Positions 1 through 14,431 are shown, counted from the first letter of the stretch. The stretch: DNA of 64,000 nucleotides from Paraspadella gotoi (GCA_051294375.1 CM119265.1:27780098-27844097); one strand, 5' to 3'. Notes: generated by a model not told the origin, from the sequence alone. Program-made: numbers and translations.

Positions 1-975
1 GGCATTTGCGCTCAAAATACGACAACAACAACAACAACAACAGAAACAACAACAAAAACAACAACAACAACGAAACTCGGTCCATAATGATTCCATCTGT
101 AAATGTTTCTCTCGTCATCTTTATTGACTTCAACGAAACAAGAGGCGATGAAAGGGAAGACGACGACGACGAAAACGACGACTATAACGACGACGAACAT
201 GATGATGATAACGATGATGACGATAATGACGACGACAAAAACTATAAAATGATTTATGACGACGATGACGATAACTATGACGACAACGAAGACAATGACA
301 ACAAAAGTGACAATGATGATGATGACGGTAATGACGATGACGATGACACAGACGACCAACACGACGAAGAAAACGACGACCATGATGACGACGACGACAA
401 TGACAACCACAAAGGCGACCGAAGCGACGATGATGACGAAGACGACGACAAAGACGTCAACGATGATAAAGACGTCGATAATAAAGACCGAGGACGAAAA
501 CGCCTCTCGATAAGACCNNNNNNNNNNNNNNNNNNNNNNNNNNNNNNNNNNNNNNNNNNNNNNNNNNNNNNNNNNNNNNNNNNNNNNNNNNNNNNNNNNN
601 NNNNNNNNNNNNNNNNNNNNNNNNNNNNNNNNNNNNNNNNNNNNNNNNNNNNNNNNNNNNNNNNNNNNNNNNNNNNNNNNNNNNNNNNNNNNNNNNNNNN
701 NNNNNNNNNNNNNNNNNNNNNNNNGAATGTCATTCCGTCCCGTTATGCTGATCAACGATCCAAGGACGCGTTTATGATAATGATAAAGATAATGATAATG
801 ATAATAAAAATCCAAGTCTTTTGCTGTAGCTTTTAAAGAGTCCGCTAATGGGAAAGCCTACGATATTTTGGGGCAGATGCCTCAGCGGCGAAGCAATAGA
901 GCACATCTTTGATGATGGTGATGATGATGATGATGATGATGATGATAAAGACGATGATGATGACGATAAAGACAA
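1..975. repeat. Degenerate (AAC)/(GAC)/(GAT) trinucleotide microsatellite region with an N gap
   Basis: Direct reading. The Asp/Asn-rich ORFs are translations of the repeat. Similar tracts at 1590-1960, 3824-3880, 5430-5820 and 57615-57850. Confidence 0.85.
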
Positions 976-1064
976 AAGTAGCTTGTCTCTAATTCTTATG
1001 TATCATGATTTAAATTCTCGTTTATAACATAATACATTCCTCTAAAATCAATTGAAATTTCCCA

Positions 1065-1512
1065 ATTATCTTCACCCAAATCTCTTCACCGAAATCTCTT
1101 CAACAAAATCTTTTCACCCAAATATATTAATCCAAATCTTTTCACCCAAATCTTTTCACCCAAATCTCTTCACCCAAATCTCTTTACCCAAATCTTTTCA
1201 ACCAATTATCTTCACCGAAATCTCTTCACCCAAATCTTTTCAACCAATTATCTTCAGCCAAATCTCTTAATCAAAATCTCTTCAGCCAAACCTCTTCCCC
1301 CAAATCTCTTCACCCAAATCACTTCACGAAAATATTTTCACCAAAATCTTTTCACCCAAATATCCTCAACTCAATCTCTTCCCCGAAATCTCTTCACCCA
1401 AATCTCTTTCCCCAAATCTCTTCACCCAAATCTCTTCACCCAAATACTTCCCCCAAATCTCTTCACCCAAATCTCTTCACCCAAATCTCTTCACCCAAAT
1501 CACTTCCCACTC
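1065..1512. repeat. 14-bp minisatellite (CCCAAATCTCTTCA)n
   Basis: About 30 degenerate tandem units read directly. Confidence 0.9.
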
Positions 1513-2834
1513 CAAATCGTGGGCGTCTCCTTTGATTATTGGTTTTCTTTCCTTCTTCTTCGTTGAGGCCAAACGGCGATTAATATGGTAACGATGACGA
1601 CGACGACGACGACGACGACGACNNNNNNNNNNNNNNNNNNNNNNNNNNNNNNNNNNNNNNNNNNNNNNNNNNNNNNNNNNNNNNNNNNNNNNNNNNNNNN
1701 NNNNNNNNNNNNNNNNNNNNNNNNNNNNNNNNNNNNNNNNNNNNNNNNNNNNNNNNNNNNNNNNNNNNNNNNNNNNNNNNNNNNNNNNNNNNNNNNNNNN
1801 NNNNNNNNNNNNNNNNNNNNNNNNNNNNNNNNNNNNNNNNNNNNNNNNNNNNNNNNNNNNNNNNNNNNNNNNNNNNNNNNNNNNNNNNNNNNNNNNNNNN
1901 NNNNNNNNNNNNNNNNNNNNNNNNNNNNCGACGACGACGACGACGACGACGACGACAACGATGTCTTTGTGATGGTCGCGATTTACTGATCTGCATCCTA
2001 CAAAAATATCTCATTCNNNNNNNNNNNNNNNNNNNNNNNNNNNNNNNNNNNNNNNNNNNNNNNNNNNNNNNNNNNNNNNNNNNNNNNNNNNNNNNNNNNN
2101 NNNNNNNNNNNNNNNNNNNNNNNNNNNNNNNNNNNNNNNNNNNNNNNNNNNNNNNNNNNNNNNNNNNNNNNNNNNNNNNNNNNNNNNNNNNNNNNNNNNN
2201 NNNNNNNNNNNNNNNNNNNNNNNNNNNNNNNNNNNNNNNNNNNNNNNNNNNNNNNNNNNNNNNNNNNNNNNNNNNNNNNNNNNNNNAAAAGTGAGGGGGA
2301 AAGGAAAAATAAGAAAAAGGGAGGAAGAAATTAAATAAAAAAGAAAAGGAGGAAACGTAAGAAAAGAAAAGAAGAAAAAAGGAGAAAAAAAGGAAACGTA
2401 AGAAAAGAAAAGAAAAAAAAAGGGAAATAAAGGAGAGGAGGACTGATGCTCGGAGGAATATAAAGGAGGAAAGAAAAGAAAGGAAAAGGAAAAAGAGGAA
2501 GATTTAAGAAAATAAAAAAAGAAAGGAAAGGGAGGAAAGGAAAGGAAATAAAGGAAGATTGATACGAGAGGAGGAGAAACGAAATCGCGACGAATTCATT
2601 TTCTCTCGCGGATTCGAGTTAGAGACAAATCGACGCTAAATGTGGCGCAGTATTGGCGCAGGAGTGCTTCAGTCTTGGCGCAAGAGTGACGCAGTCGAGT
2701 GGCGCAATGGAATGTCGCAGTAAGGGACGAGGTGAAACTACGCAGTCGGGTTAGAATAAAATTTGATTGTGAAGAAGAAAATTCGTAATTGCAAACTCGG
2801 CATCAATTCAGAAGCTGTCATCATGAAATGGTTA

Positions 2835-3325
2835 CAACCAGAATATAAATTATCCATTCTTTCCATAAATAAAACCGGCAAGTTTTAAATTAAGAATCTC
2901 TCACAGTCTAGCGTGAATTCATTCTCTAGGTGCCTGGCTTACCCATCAATGAAGTGGTATAATGTTTTAAAGAATGATTCAATTGTATGAAAGTACTACT
3001 CCCTTAAGTATTAGATCGGTGAATACTTATTGTACTCCGCTCTAGCATCAAAAGATTCAAAATACAAGAAGCTGAATTTTATTAAATTGGTACAACCAGT
3101 ATAAAAATTATCCATTCATTCAATAAATAATCTATCTTGCCCCTAACTTTGAACAGGTTTGGTGGTTTAAGGCCTCCATCACTCTTACAAGATAATGACA
3201 AAGCAGGTCCCCGCAAGCTTTCAATCAAGACTCTTTCACGTTTATTCACTACCAGAGTACCTGGCTTCCCTATCATGGAAGTGGTATAATGTTTCAAAGA
3301 ATGTTACAATTGTATGAAAAGTTCT
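2835..3325 (+). repeat. Interspersed repeat, two partial tandem copies
   Basis: GTACCTGGCTTCCCTATCAATGAAGTGGTATAATG core at ~2930 and ~3257; reverse-complement copy at ~55740-56310; fragment at ~41343. Confidence 0.7.
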
Positions 3326-6300
3326 TTGATTGATTGATTGATTCCAAGATTAAATGGGATGGACTTTCGAAATAGTTGGTTTTTGAAAAAGAGATTTGGA
3401 AGAATACAACAGAAAAGTGAGTTAAATTACGAAATAATGTAATGAACTTTGTAAAAAAAAAAAACCTAAAAATCACGTCTTTTCTTTTCTGACGTCGAAA
3501 TTCGAAGCGAAAAAAGAAAAGAAAGGCTGAGATGGTCGCCGCTTGAAGGCTGAAGAATCCAAAACAAGTCAAAACAAACAANNNNNNNNNNNNNNNNNNN
3601 NNNNNNNNNNNNNNNNNNNNNNNNNNNNNNNNNNNNNNNNNNNNNNNNNNNNNNNNNNNNNNNNNNNNNNNNNNNNNNNNNNNNNNNNNNNNNNNNNNNN
3701 NNNNNNNNNNNNNNNNNNNNNNNNNNNNNNNNNNNNNNNNNNNNNNNNNNNNNNNNNNNNNNNNNNNNNNNNNNNNNNNNNNNNNNNNNNNNNNNNNNNN
3801 NNNNNNNNNNNNNNNNNNNNNNNACGACGACGACGACGACGACGACGACGAAAATGACGACGATGGCGAAGACGACGACGGCGTGGAACATTTATCATTA
3901 ATTTTTTTTCTTTTACGACAAAATTGCTAATTTTAAACTCCTTTCCCATTTAGAAGTTTTGAAAAAAGTTATATTCATCACATTATATAAACTCAAACAA
4001 TTATACTTTCTCCATTTTATCAAACGACACTGGATCTCCAAATTAATTTCCTATCTCTCACTTTTCATTCACATTTCATTAATTGACTCGTTCTTTGTGA
4101 TATTCTTTGTGATATTCTGTGATATTCTTTGTGATATTCATTGTGATATTCAACTTCATTCTCTCTCTAGTTATTTTTCGCTCGCCAATAAAATTTCTGC
4201 GAAAATTCAAAAGAAGTTTTGAATTTTGTTCAACTTTAAAATCGAACGAAAGACAAAAAAATAACAAGAGGATGGCGAGAAATACCATTAATTCTCTCTC
4301 TCTCTCTCTCTCTCNNNNNNNNNNNNNNNNNNNNNNNNNNNNNNNNNNNNNNNNNNNNNNNNNNNNNNNNNNNNNNNNNNNNNNNNNNNNNNNNNNNNNN
4401 NNNNNNNNNNNNNNNNNNNNNNNNNNNNNNNNNNNNNNNNNNNNNNNNNNNNNNNNNNNNNNNNNNNNNNNNNNNNNNNNNNNNNNNNNNNNNNNNNNNN
4501 NNNNNNNNNNNNNNNNNNNNNNNNNNNNNNNNNNNNNNNNNNNNNNNNNNNNNNNNNNNNNNNNNNNNNNNNNNNNNNNNNNNNNNNNNNNNNNNNNNNN
4601 NNNNNNNNNNNNNNNNNNNNNNNNNNNNNNNNNNNNNNNNNNNNNNNNNNNNNNNNNNNNNNNNNNNNNNNNNNNNNNNNNNNNNNNNNNNNNNNNNNNN
4701 NNNNNNNNNNNNNNNNNNNNNNNNNNNNNNNNNNNNNNNNNNNNNNNNNNNNNNNNNNNNNNNNNNNNNNNNNNNNNNNNNNNNNNNNNNNNNNNNNNNN
4801 NNNNNNNNNNNNNNNNNNNNNNNNNNNNNNNNNNNNNNNNNNNNNNNNNNNNNNNNNNNNNNNNNNNNNNNNNNNNNNNNNNNNNNNNNNNNNNNNNNNN
4901 NNNNNNNNNNNNNNNNNNNNNNNNNNNNNNNNNNNNNNNNNNNNNNNNNNNNNNNNNNNNNNNNNNNNNNNNNNNNNNNNNNNNNNNNNNNNTTTTTTTT
5001 TGTTTTTTTTTTCGCCTCGAAAATTATATCCACCAAAAAAATATACGTTTTAATAAGAAAAAGTTAATAAATATCTTGTTAAATAAGAAAACTATGTTTT
5101 TGAACATGAGATAGTTAGTTTTTACTTCGTCATTTTATCTTGACTCAATTTTCTACATGATGCAAGTGACTTTGGTTTTGAAAACCAAATCAGATATACA
5201 TTGATAAAATTAATGATATAAATAACAATTTTTTACATCTTCTTTTGTTTATTAAATCTGAATGAATCATAATGTCCTTTTCTCTGGTTAAAACTGGACC
5301 TTTCCTTATTCTTTCTTTCTTTCTTTTTTTAATTTATTTCTTTTCCCTTTTTTTCCCTTTTTTTTTCTGATTCGGAACCAAAAAGACGAAAGGGAAGAAA
5401 CCGAGCGGAAGATTTTCGCTTCATCGTCGAAGATGAAGACGACGACGACGACGACGACGACGACGATGATGAAGACGACGACGACGACGAAGAAGACAAA
5501 GGCGATGAAGACGACGACAAACAAAACGACAATAGGATGACAACAAAGATCAACAAAGAATGATGACAGAGAAGATAAAAACCAATTTGATGTTGATGAC
5601 AAAGATGAAGATAAAAATGATAATGAATAAAGACAACTTAAGGGAAAAGAAATACAACAAAAGCGACGATAATAATGAAGAAAATTAAAAAGAAAAAAAA
5701 AGAAAAGAAAAGAAAAGAAAAGAAAGGAAAAGAAAAGAAAAAAACGACGACGACGACGACGACAATGACGACGACGACAACGACGACGACAAACGACAAC
5801 CAAGACGACGACAACGACGATATATTCTCAGGTCGCCAATTTTCTCGATTGCACGTGTGTCGTCCTCAGCAACGACGCCGCCGCCGCCGCCGCCGCAGCC
5901 CGCCGCTACTCCGTTTCCAGAGTCTCATTTTGCGCCGTCGATTCGAAATGAAGTTTTTGTCGTCGTCGTCGTCGTCGTTGTCTTGAATTAAATCGTTTGA
6001 AGTTAAAATCGTTTGTTCAGGTTTGAAATCTTCATCATGATTATTTTTATTGTTTTTTTTTTGTTTTTTTTCAGATGTTGTTTAACAAACAATTAGATTT
6101 TGGTTTTATTCAGTAAGGATAAAAAACTAATTGCTATGGTTTTGTTATCAATGTTTAAAGTAGTTGTAGACATGGTTCATAACGTAAGTATCAAAATCAT
6201 TCATCAAACATCATCATAATCCCAGTCATCATCATCATCATCATCGTCATCACGATAATCATCATCATCGTGATCATGATATCATCATCATCATCATCAT

Positions 6301-6367
<67 letters not shown>

Positions 6368-7026
6368 TCTCAGCAGATATCTTTTGTTTCTTTGATGATA
6401 TAAAACTTGGTTTTTTCGCCGCTATCGTTAAAAAGGCGCAAGGGAGGCGCAGAGGCTGGGATGGCACGGCCGAGATGGCGTCAACGTCGAGCTCTTTATA
6501 ATCCTTTCACGTTGATAATTCACTTCACGTGAAATGTGAATCGTTAATTTTTTTTATTCGCCTGAGGATTCACTCTTATAGCTCAATGTATCGCGTGTAT
6601 GGAACGAATAGTTAATACAATAGATAGAATATCGTATCTAATACTTACTTTATAAAATTAAACAGATAAAATAAATTATATATATATTTTGAAAGGGAGG
6701 TCAGGTACACTTGGGATTAATAAACTAGACTGTGAAAGTATTTTTCAGAAAGAACCGATAGGTTTGGCCAGCATGCACCGTTTCCTCATCATTTCTCCTC
6801 ATCCTCCTCCCCCTCCTCCCGGAGATCCAGGCTCGAGTCCAGGGTTTAGGTTTTTCATTCACACTCTTTTCTCTCTTTCTCTCTCACCGTCCCTCTCCCG
6901 TTCAGTCTCTGTTACCATTTTTTTTACCGCCGATTTAGCCGCTTACAATATATATTCCTTTCCCACCATTTTCCCCCGTCTTTACTTACCTAGATTTCAG
7001 TCAGACTTACCCGACCTTAGTTAGAG

Positions 7027-7093
7027 TGGCGCCCAATGTGGGGCTCGAACCCACGACCACAGGATTAAGAGTCCTGTGCTCTACCGACAGAGC
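7027..7093 (-). pseudogene. tRNA-Lys(CTT) retrocopy, 5' acceptor strand missing, encoded CCA
   Basis: Reverse complement reads GCTCTGTCGGTAGAGC ACAGGA CTCTTAA TCCTGT GGTCGTGGGTTCGAGCCCCACATTGGGCG CCA. D, anticodon and T arms are intact. Confidence 0.85.
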
Positions 7094-7486
7094 GGTTTTG
7101 ATATTATATTATCATTTAAGAGCGATGGAGGTCTTAAATCACCATTAGAGTCAAGATAACTTGATTACCGTATCTTGTTATTCGTTTTATATTTTTTTTT
7201 TCAAATTTAATATCAATGCGGTATAATTATTCTATATTTTAAAATGATAAGATGTTTAGATAAACGGCTTTCTTTAAAAGATGACCACAATTTTTCGATA
7301 TCGAGAAAAAGTTTAATTTTTCGTCTGGATTTTTATTGAAATTGATTTAACAATTTTCACAATCTTTCGCTTGAACCTTCACCAAGTTCCAAATCATCAC
7401 ATCGCCTCTTCCTTCACACTTTATCTCTTCAGGATGTTTCCTTCTTCATTCGGTCGGGAAAATGAGGAGCGGAAGGTAAAAGAAAG

Positions 7487-7970
7487 GGCTCTATTTTCCG
7501 AGAGTACCCCATTTCTGTTCAATAATTCCAAAATTTAATTTTAATTTTAATATCCAACTTAAACAGGTTCTTGAACTCATAAAGCAAATCTTAACTTTAA
7601 TCCTTAACTTTAAACCCTTATCCTAACCTAGTCCTTAACCTAATCGTTAACCTAATCTATTACCCTATTTCTAACCTAATTTCTAACCTAATCCCTAACC
7701 TAATCCATAACCTAATCCATAACTTAATCTCTTACTTAATTCCTAACCGAATCCCTAACCTAATTCTTAACCTAATCCCTAACCTAATCCCTAACCTAAT
7801 CTTTTACCTAATTCCTAACCTAATTTTTAACCTAATTTTTAACCTAATCCTAACCTAATCCTTAACCTAATCCTTAACCTAATCCTTAACCTAATCTAAC
7901 TTAATCTTTAAATAAAAAAAACCTAATTTCGAATTTAAGATAAAATAGGGCGTCCTGGGAAAATAAGGCC
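7487..7970. mobile_element. MITE-like element with internal (TAACCTAATCCC)n telomere-like repeat
   Basis: Imperfect terminal inverted repeat GGCTCTATTTTCC / GGAAAATAAGGCC around a 12-bp repeat array at ~7590-7905. Confidence 0.5.
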
Positions 7971-9752
7971 AAATAAGAAGAAAGAAGAAAAAGGAAAATA
8001 ATTAAATAGAAAAGCGTAAAAGAAACGTTTATTGTGAAAACAAAAGGGCAAAGACATCCTGAAAATAGTGAAGTAGAAATAGAGAGGTTGAAAAAAAGCA
8101 CAAGTGAAACTCAATGGAAGAAAAGAAAGAAATGAATGAATAATTCCGATCGCTCTCTCTCGCTCTCTCTCTTCTCTCTCTCTCTCTCTCCTCTCTCCTC
8201 TCTCTCTCTCTCTCTCTCCGTCTCTCTCTCTCTCTCTCGTTTTCGCGCAAGACTTGATTTGGCAAGACGTTTAGGAAGGAGCTCCGACAAAACAAAGAGA
8301 AAAAGGAATTTCGTTTCTTTTTTTCTTTTTTTTTTTTGAAAGAAGAGAAAAAGAAACTTATAGATCTATATGGAATAGCCAAGAGATATGTCTTTTCTTT
8401 TTTTTTTCTTTTTTTTTCCTTCTTTCCACCTTTACCTTTATCTTCCCTTCAACTTTCTTCTCTTTTCTTTTCCCTATCTTTCCCTTTTCCTATCTCTTAT
8501 TTTTCTATCTCTTCTCTTTCCTTCCCTTCTTTTCTATCGCCTGTTTTTCACATTATCATTTTTATGTATTTTTTATCACTAAACACAAAAAAGTCCGCAA
8601 CTGCGCTGGCTATAACCGGCTCCCACTGTTTCATTGTTTTCCCGCCATTTTTACTGTCGTCCGCCATTTTGTTTTGGCCCGAATTAAACGGGAGCTTTTT
8701 TTTCTTTTTACCGTCCGCTGGGAAGCCCCCTACCGTTTTTCCATCGAAACACCTGTCGAGTTTATGATAAGCACCGGTTTTTTTTGCACCTGGTAACTTG
8801 GCTAAGGAGTGAAATGATAGTGAAATGATATTGATAATATATTCAAATATTATATTCTTTTAATCTCAAATCAAATGTAATTTGATATTTGAAAAAAAAA
8901 GGTTTTAAATTAAATTTTATTTTTAGGTAATTTGGTGAAAAGAACTTTTGTCTGTCTTCTTAATTGTTTTTCATCTTTTAACACAACATTTATACTTATT
9001 TTTCCCTAAGTAGAAGTTTAAATTTAATTAAAGTTTCAATCTTTATATAAACCATGTCATCATGCTTATTATCATTAACTAAATATATATAATATTAGGG
9101 GTAGCCGTACTCAATGTGATGAGTCAAAAATTTGCTCAAACATGCTCAAACGAAAATTTAAACATTTTTAAGTATACTTTCAATGAGCAAAAAAGTTCTT
9201 ATATGGCTCTCTAGTCTATACTCTAGTAATTGTTTTTTAATATTAATTTATAGATAGGAAAGGACAAAAATTATTTTGATAAGTAAAATAAGTTCGTGAA
9301 AAATAAAAAAAAAACAGAAAAAATCATCATCATCTTCATCACCATCATCTTTCGATGATTTAATCGTTTTTTTAATATTTTACTGAGAAAACGTAAGAAT
9401 TTTTAAAAGCTGTAATTATATTTCTTGTTAACTTTTGTGCTCTATCAAAATCCATCAAAAAATTTAACATTAATTTTTTTCTTTAAATATTGTAAAATAA
9501 TATTTAATTAGGCTAGTACCCTCAGAAAAAAACATTTTTGACAAAAAATTATTTTATTACTATAATCTAATGCTTATGATAGATTATTTTAACGCTGTAT
9601 ACATTAGTATTTCAATTTCATTGGCTAGGGCTAATAATATACTAAATGATTTAATTTTATTCGATCCATTTTGTGTAAAATCGTAGTTTTCAACTTTTCG
9701 AACCCAAAACGATTTTCAAGAAAACGTCATCTCAAGATCCTGGGGGGATTTA

Positions 9753-9824
<72 letters not shown>

Positions 9825-10202
9825 AAAGGGCGATAAATAACCGGGTCCCCTGACAGAAGCAGATGCCACGATTCGCCCTTGGTCTCTCGGAAGAAAAAAT
9901 ATCCAATTTCGTCCACGAGGTATTTCAATTTCTGAGGCGTAAAACCTCTTTCTCTCTCTTTTCTTTCGACTGTCAAGTCATATGATTGTATTTTCAGCTG
10001 ATATCATTATCAAATACAGTAATTATTAAAAACATTTACAAGAAGGATCTTGAAGTACCTTACCAAGTTTTATTCACTTTAGGAGTTCATGAGAAGATNN
10101 NNNNNNNNNNNNNNNNNNNNNNNNNNNNNNNNNNNNNNNNNNNNNNNNNNNNNNNNNNNNNNNNNNNNNNNNNNNNNNNNNNNNNNNNNNNNNNNNNNAG
10201 TA

Positions 10203-10588
10203 CCCCAACTCCCGGAGAGCTGAGTTGAGAGTGAATCCCTTTGTCCCCGTCCTGGGATTGCTGGAGGCGAGAGAGAGGGGCGACGAGGGGATGAGAGGAG
10301 GGGACGACGAGGGGGAGGAGGAGGAGGGATGACGAGGGGAGGAGGAGGAGGGGATGACAGAGGGGAGGAGGAGGAGGGGATGACGAGGGGGAGGAGGAGG
10401 GGGACGACGAGGGGAGGAGGAGGAGGGGACGACGAGTGGAGGAGGGAGGGGGGACGACGAGGGCATATAGAGCTAAACCCTGTTTGAGAGTGTGATTCGA
10501 CTACCTCCAACTGGTCGATGATATCATGACTGATGAATTCACCCTCCTCATTTGGTACTAAATACACTCCTCCACTTTTGAAGGCATC
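10203..10588 (-). CDS. Possible small exons of an unidentified minus-strand gene
   Basis: AG..GT-bounded open segments (DAFKSGGVYLVPNEEGEFISHDIIDQLE at ~10588-10506; a second at ~10260-10203) between CCT-rich repeats. No family recognised. Confidence 0.25.
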
Positions 10589-12321
10589 TTTCGAGGTATA
10601 GTCAGAGCAGTTATTCGACCACTTTTCGACTCGCAAACGGTCGAAAAGTCGCAGCGACTGATTTAGGTGGTCGAAAGGTCGAATTCGACTCATTATCAGT
10701 CGAATGCACGGAAGAGCATGAATTCATTAAACGCTCTAATTTCGAGATCAATTATTCATTGTAGTGAATTCAATGTTTATAAATAGGGGTAGCCGCACTC
10801 AATGGGGTGAGTCTAAAATTTAGAGTGAGTACATGCTCAAACGAATATTTAGAAAATATTTTTAAGAATACTTTCAATGGACATTATTTTTTTAATATTT
10901 ATTTATAGATAGGAAAGGCCAGAAATTTTTTTAGAGTTTTTAAATTTTAAGACCAGATTCAGATAGCTCATAAAAAGTTGTCTACACAAAGTATAATTCT
11001 TTTTTAAATATTTTTACGATAAGTGTGTCAAAAATAAATAACAGAAAGTGAATTCAATGTTTATGAATTAAATAAAACAAATTGTCTTTCCGTTTTCTTC
11101 TTTTTTGCATCTCTATAATCTCGTCATCTAATTTCCAAATGCCATTGTTTTTTAAAAGAACTGATATGTACTGATTTACTTCATCCATGCTTTTAAAATA
11201 CTTTATATAAAAACTGGCAAATGAAACGTGAATAATCTTTCTCCTCCTCCTCCTACTCCTACTCCTCCTCTTTATGAATTCATCAGGGACGAGGGGACGG
11301 GGGGATGAGGAGGAGGAGACGACGAGGGGATGAGGAGGAGGGGATGACGAGAGGATGAGGAGGAGGGGACGACGAGGGGATGAAGAGGAGGGGATGACGA
11401 GGGGATGAGGAGGAGGGGATGACGTAGAGGGGCAAGAGCAGTGGAGGTAAACGCCCCTCTATCTTGAATATTAAAAAAATCGTCGAAATGAATATCAACT
11501 TAAATAAGGCTAATTTTTATGATGATGATATTTAGTGTAGTAGAAACTAAATAATATTTTGTCAGACTTCTCTAAGCTATTATCAACGGTTAAGCTGCAA
11601 CTGATGATGTCACATGGACGTCGAAACATATTTGGCCAAAATGTTTTGGGCATTTAACCGTCGCCAGCGTCAGTAAAGCCATCAGCTCATGACCCACAGG
11701 TACCCGGTTCAATCTCAACCCAGTGTAAAAAAAATATTTTATTGACTAATTTTCTGGTTCACAAAGGAAAGTTAAGGTTGTTGAACCATGTATTGTTACA
11801 AAATGCTAGTAGTATGACAACAAAGTCTCAAAACTTTCAACTGGTAGGCAGTTAATTGTCCCATTTTGACAGCACAAGTTTTATTATTGTTTTTATTATA
11901 TAAATTAACTGATGATAAATACCGAACACAAAAGTGATTATAATATAAAAAAAAACATTTATTTGAGGTAAGGACACATTTTTATTTACTTTTTTTCTAT
12001 TGCAAAGTCTCATCTGCTTAACGCCACATGATAATTAATGAGAAAACAAAATTGACCAAAAATATGATGACCACTTGATTGGAAAAAGTAATGACTGGCC
12101 TGAAAAATCAAATGACCACTAGATTGGAAAATGTAATGACTCAAGTCAGAACTGACCACTTGATAAAAAAAAATATCATGCAGCAGTAACTGGCCAATTT
12201 TCAGACCTTTATTATTACATGTCATTTTCAGGATAAGTTTTTTGACAGCTGAGCTTTGTATTAAACTGAGTTTGAGTAACTACATTTTTCTCTTTTCTGT
12301 CTGCATCACATTTTCCTCACA

Positions 12322-12436
12322 ATGGAGTTGGGATTCGTGAGCCTCACGATTTCAACGTTCCTCAACCTTTTAGACGTTGCAACAGACATTAAAACTACAA
12401 GATTCCTTCTCAATTTGGAGAGCTGCAAGTATCTAG
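12322..12436 (+). CDS. XK-related (Xkr) membrane protein, coding exon 1
   Basis: ATG 12322; MELGFVSLTISTFLNLLDVATDIKTTRFLLNLESCKYL contains the XK-family D-x-x-T-D motif; phase-1 GT donor at 12437. Confidence 0.8.
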
Positions 12437-12608
12437 GTAATAACAAACGTTTGTAGGGAGTAATGAATAGAAAATTATTTAAACTGTTAAGTTTTATTTT
12501 GGTGAATATTCTCATTTTTAGGATTGTAATTATCATCTTATATATTATTACCACTATCCCTGAAGCAGGTGGTATAAACAGTGACATTTAAAGTTTGTTT
12601 AATTTCAG

Positions 12609-12799
12609 GTTTTGCTTTGATCATTGTCTTTTTTATTCATTCGGTTGTTTCGAGTTTTGCTGGACTTCGATTTCTTTATTCCTTTCGAGTTAACTATCCC
12701 AGACTAGTGAACAACCACTGGCGATTGGCTGGAGTTGTGTTTCTTCATTTATTGGGACTGGGCAGCATTCCTTTTTCAGTGGATCTTTACATGGATCAG
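12609..12799 (+). CDS. XK-related protein, exon 2
   Basis: tttcag acceptor, phase 1 matches exon 1; GFALIIVFF...LHLLGLG...MDQ resembles the XK LHLLQLG motif; phase-0 GT donor. Confidence 0.85.
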
Positions 12800-13002
12800 G
12801 TAAAAAGCTTAATGGAGTGGTGAGCCTGATTATCATCAGTAAGAAAAGTAATAAAACTCCTCGCCCATTTTTAGTCGGATCTGCTTATCAGCGGATAAAA
12901 TAAAAAATAAAAAAAATTATAAAAACTCACTCAATCTATCCTTGCCTTCAACTGTCCTCACCTCTGACCACTATTTTGTCTCACCACTTTGTTGGAAAAC
13001 TG

Positions 13003-13061
<59 letters not shown>

Positions 13062-14175
13062 CTCTCACACACACACACATTTACTATTGCACAAATTTTT
13101 ACTATTCTGTCAAAATCTAAAAAACGTGAGTCGAAACATGTCTGTTTTCTACCAATAAAATCGTTGTTGTACAAATTCAAACTTTGTTTTCGCTAAGTAA
13201 TAATATCCTTATAAAATCATAAAATTTCTAAATCAGATTTTTTAAATTTTACAGTTTCGGATTGGCCGGAAAAAACTGAAACTTTGTGTAAAACATGTTA
13301 CATGATATTTTTATGTTAAAGCTGCGAAAAATGATAAAACGTTTCATCATATATAATATATATATATATACTGAAGAAGAAGACGATATATCGCCAACGT
13401 AATGTTTTATTGAGGAAAAATCCCTGGCCGGAATAGTATTAGAAAAGAAGGAAGTTAGTAGAGCTCGAGACTTGCGGAGACTGGACTGAAAAGGACGGAT
13501 CCTCGGGAGAGGTGGATGGGAAGAGGAGGATGAGGATCGGAGATATATATATATTATATATATTTCATCATATTATATTAGGGTGAAGTGAAAGTTTTGA
13601 ATCAAAATTTAGCAGTTATATCTTGAAAACTATCATATTAGTGAATACTAATCTATAATTATTTTTCTTTTTTACATAAAAAAAAAAACTCATTCATAGA
13701 GATTTATCAAAATTAGTAATTTTACTGTGATAAACGTGTATGACGATTGCTACTTATTCTCTCGCTTGCGGAGACGGTATCCAAACGTTTCCCGTTTAAA
13801 GAAACCTTTAAAATACAAAGATTTTAAAGTCACGTGACCGATATTGACCAATCACAGATCGCGATTGGCTATTTTTTTATAAATTGAAAAAAATGCGTGT
13901 GATCCCGAATATTTAATAATCAATTGCTGTTGTGAAATGAAATAAAAGTACAAAGGGCAAAGAAAAAATCGGGAGGTAAAAGATTTAAAAAATTATACGT
14001 CAGAGATCCGCCTTAATGCTTACTCTTATATTAACTTACTTTTCCTAGACACTACATATTCATTAGTATTAGATATTATTTTACATGATATTAAAAATAT
14101 ACTGGTTCTTGGCTCTGGTTTGTTTAATAAAAATAATTTATTAATTAATAATAAAAAATCATTTTTATATTTCAG

Positions 14176-14277
14176 GCGTTTTACTTGAATCAAGATTCAA
14201 ATATTTTGAGCGGAAAAGAGAATATCGTGAATAAACTCAACTTAATTCATGTTCTTTTTGAATCGTTTCCACAACTG
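14176..14277 (+). CDS. XK-related protein, exon 3
   Basis: 102 nt, AG/GT bounded; ends LFESFPQL and joins ALQ of exon 4 to give the XK signature ESxPQLxLQ. Confidence 0.9.
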
Positions 14278-14431
14278 GTAAATTCACTCCAGAAACTTAA
14301 AATTTCAATAAGTTATTATTAGTAAAGATTGGAGCTATATGGTTCCGAGTACAATCAGTCTTTTTAGATAACGAAATCTGAACTTCAATAATTACCATCT
14401 TTCTTGATCTCATTGGTTAGTATGAAGCTTT

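Noticed and set aside
6-836. Asp/Asn-rich ORF and similar low-complexity ORFs (for example 57554-57853)
   Set aside because: Translations of trinucleotide or dinucleotide repeats and N gaps; open in several frames.
7590-7905. True telomere or chromosome-fusion relic
   Set aside because: Degenerate 12-bp unit enclosed by inverted repeats, with a similar tract at 47910; more likely transposon-internal.
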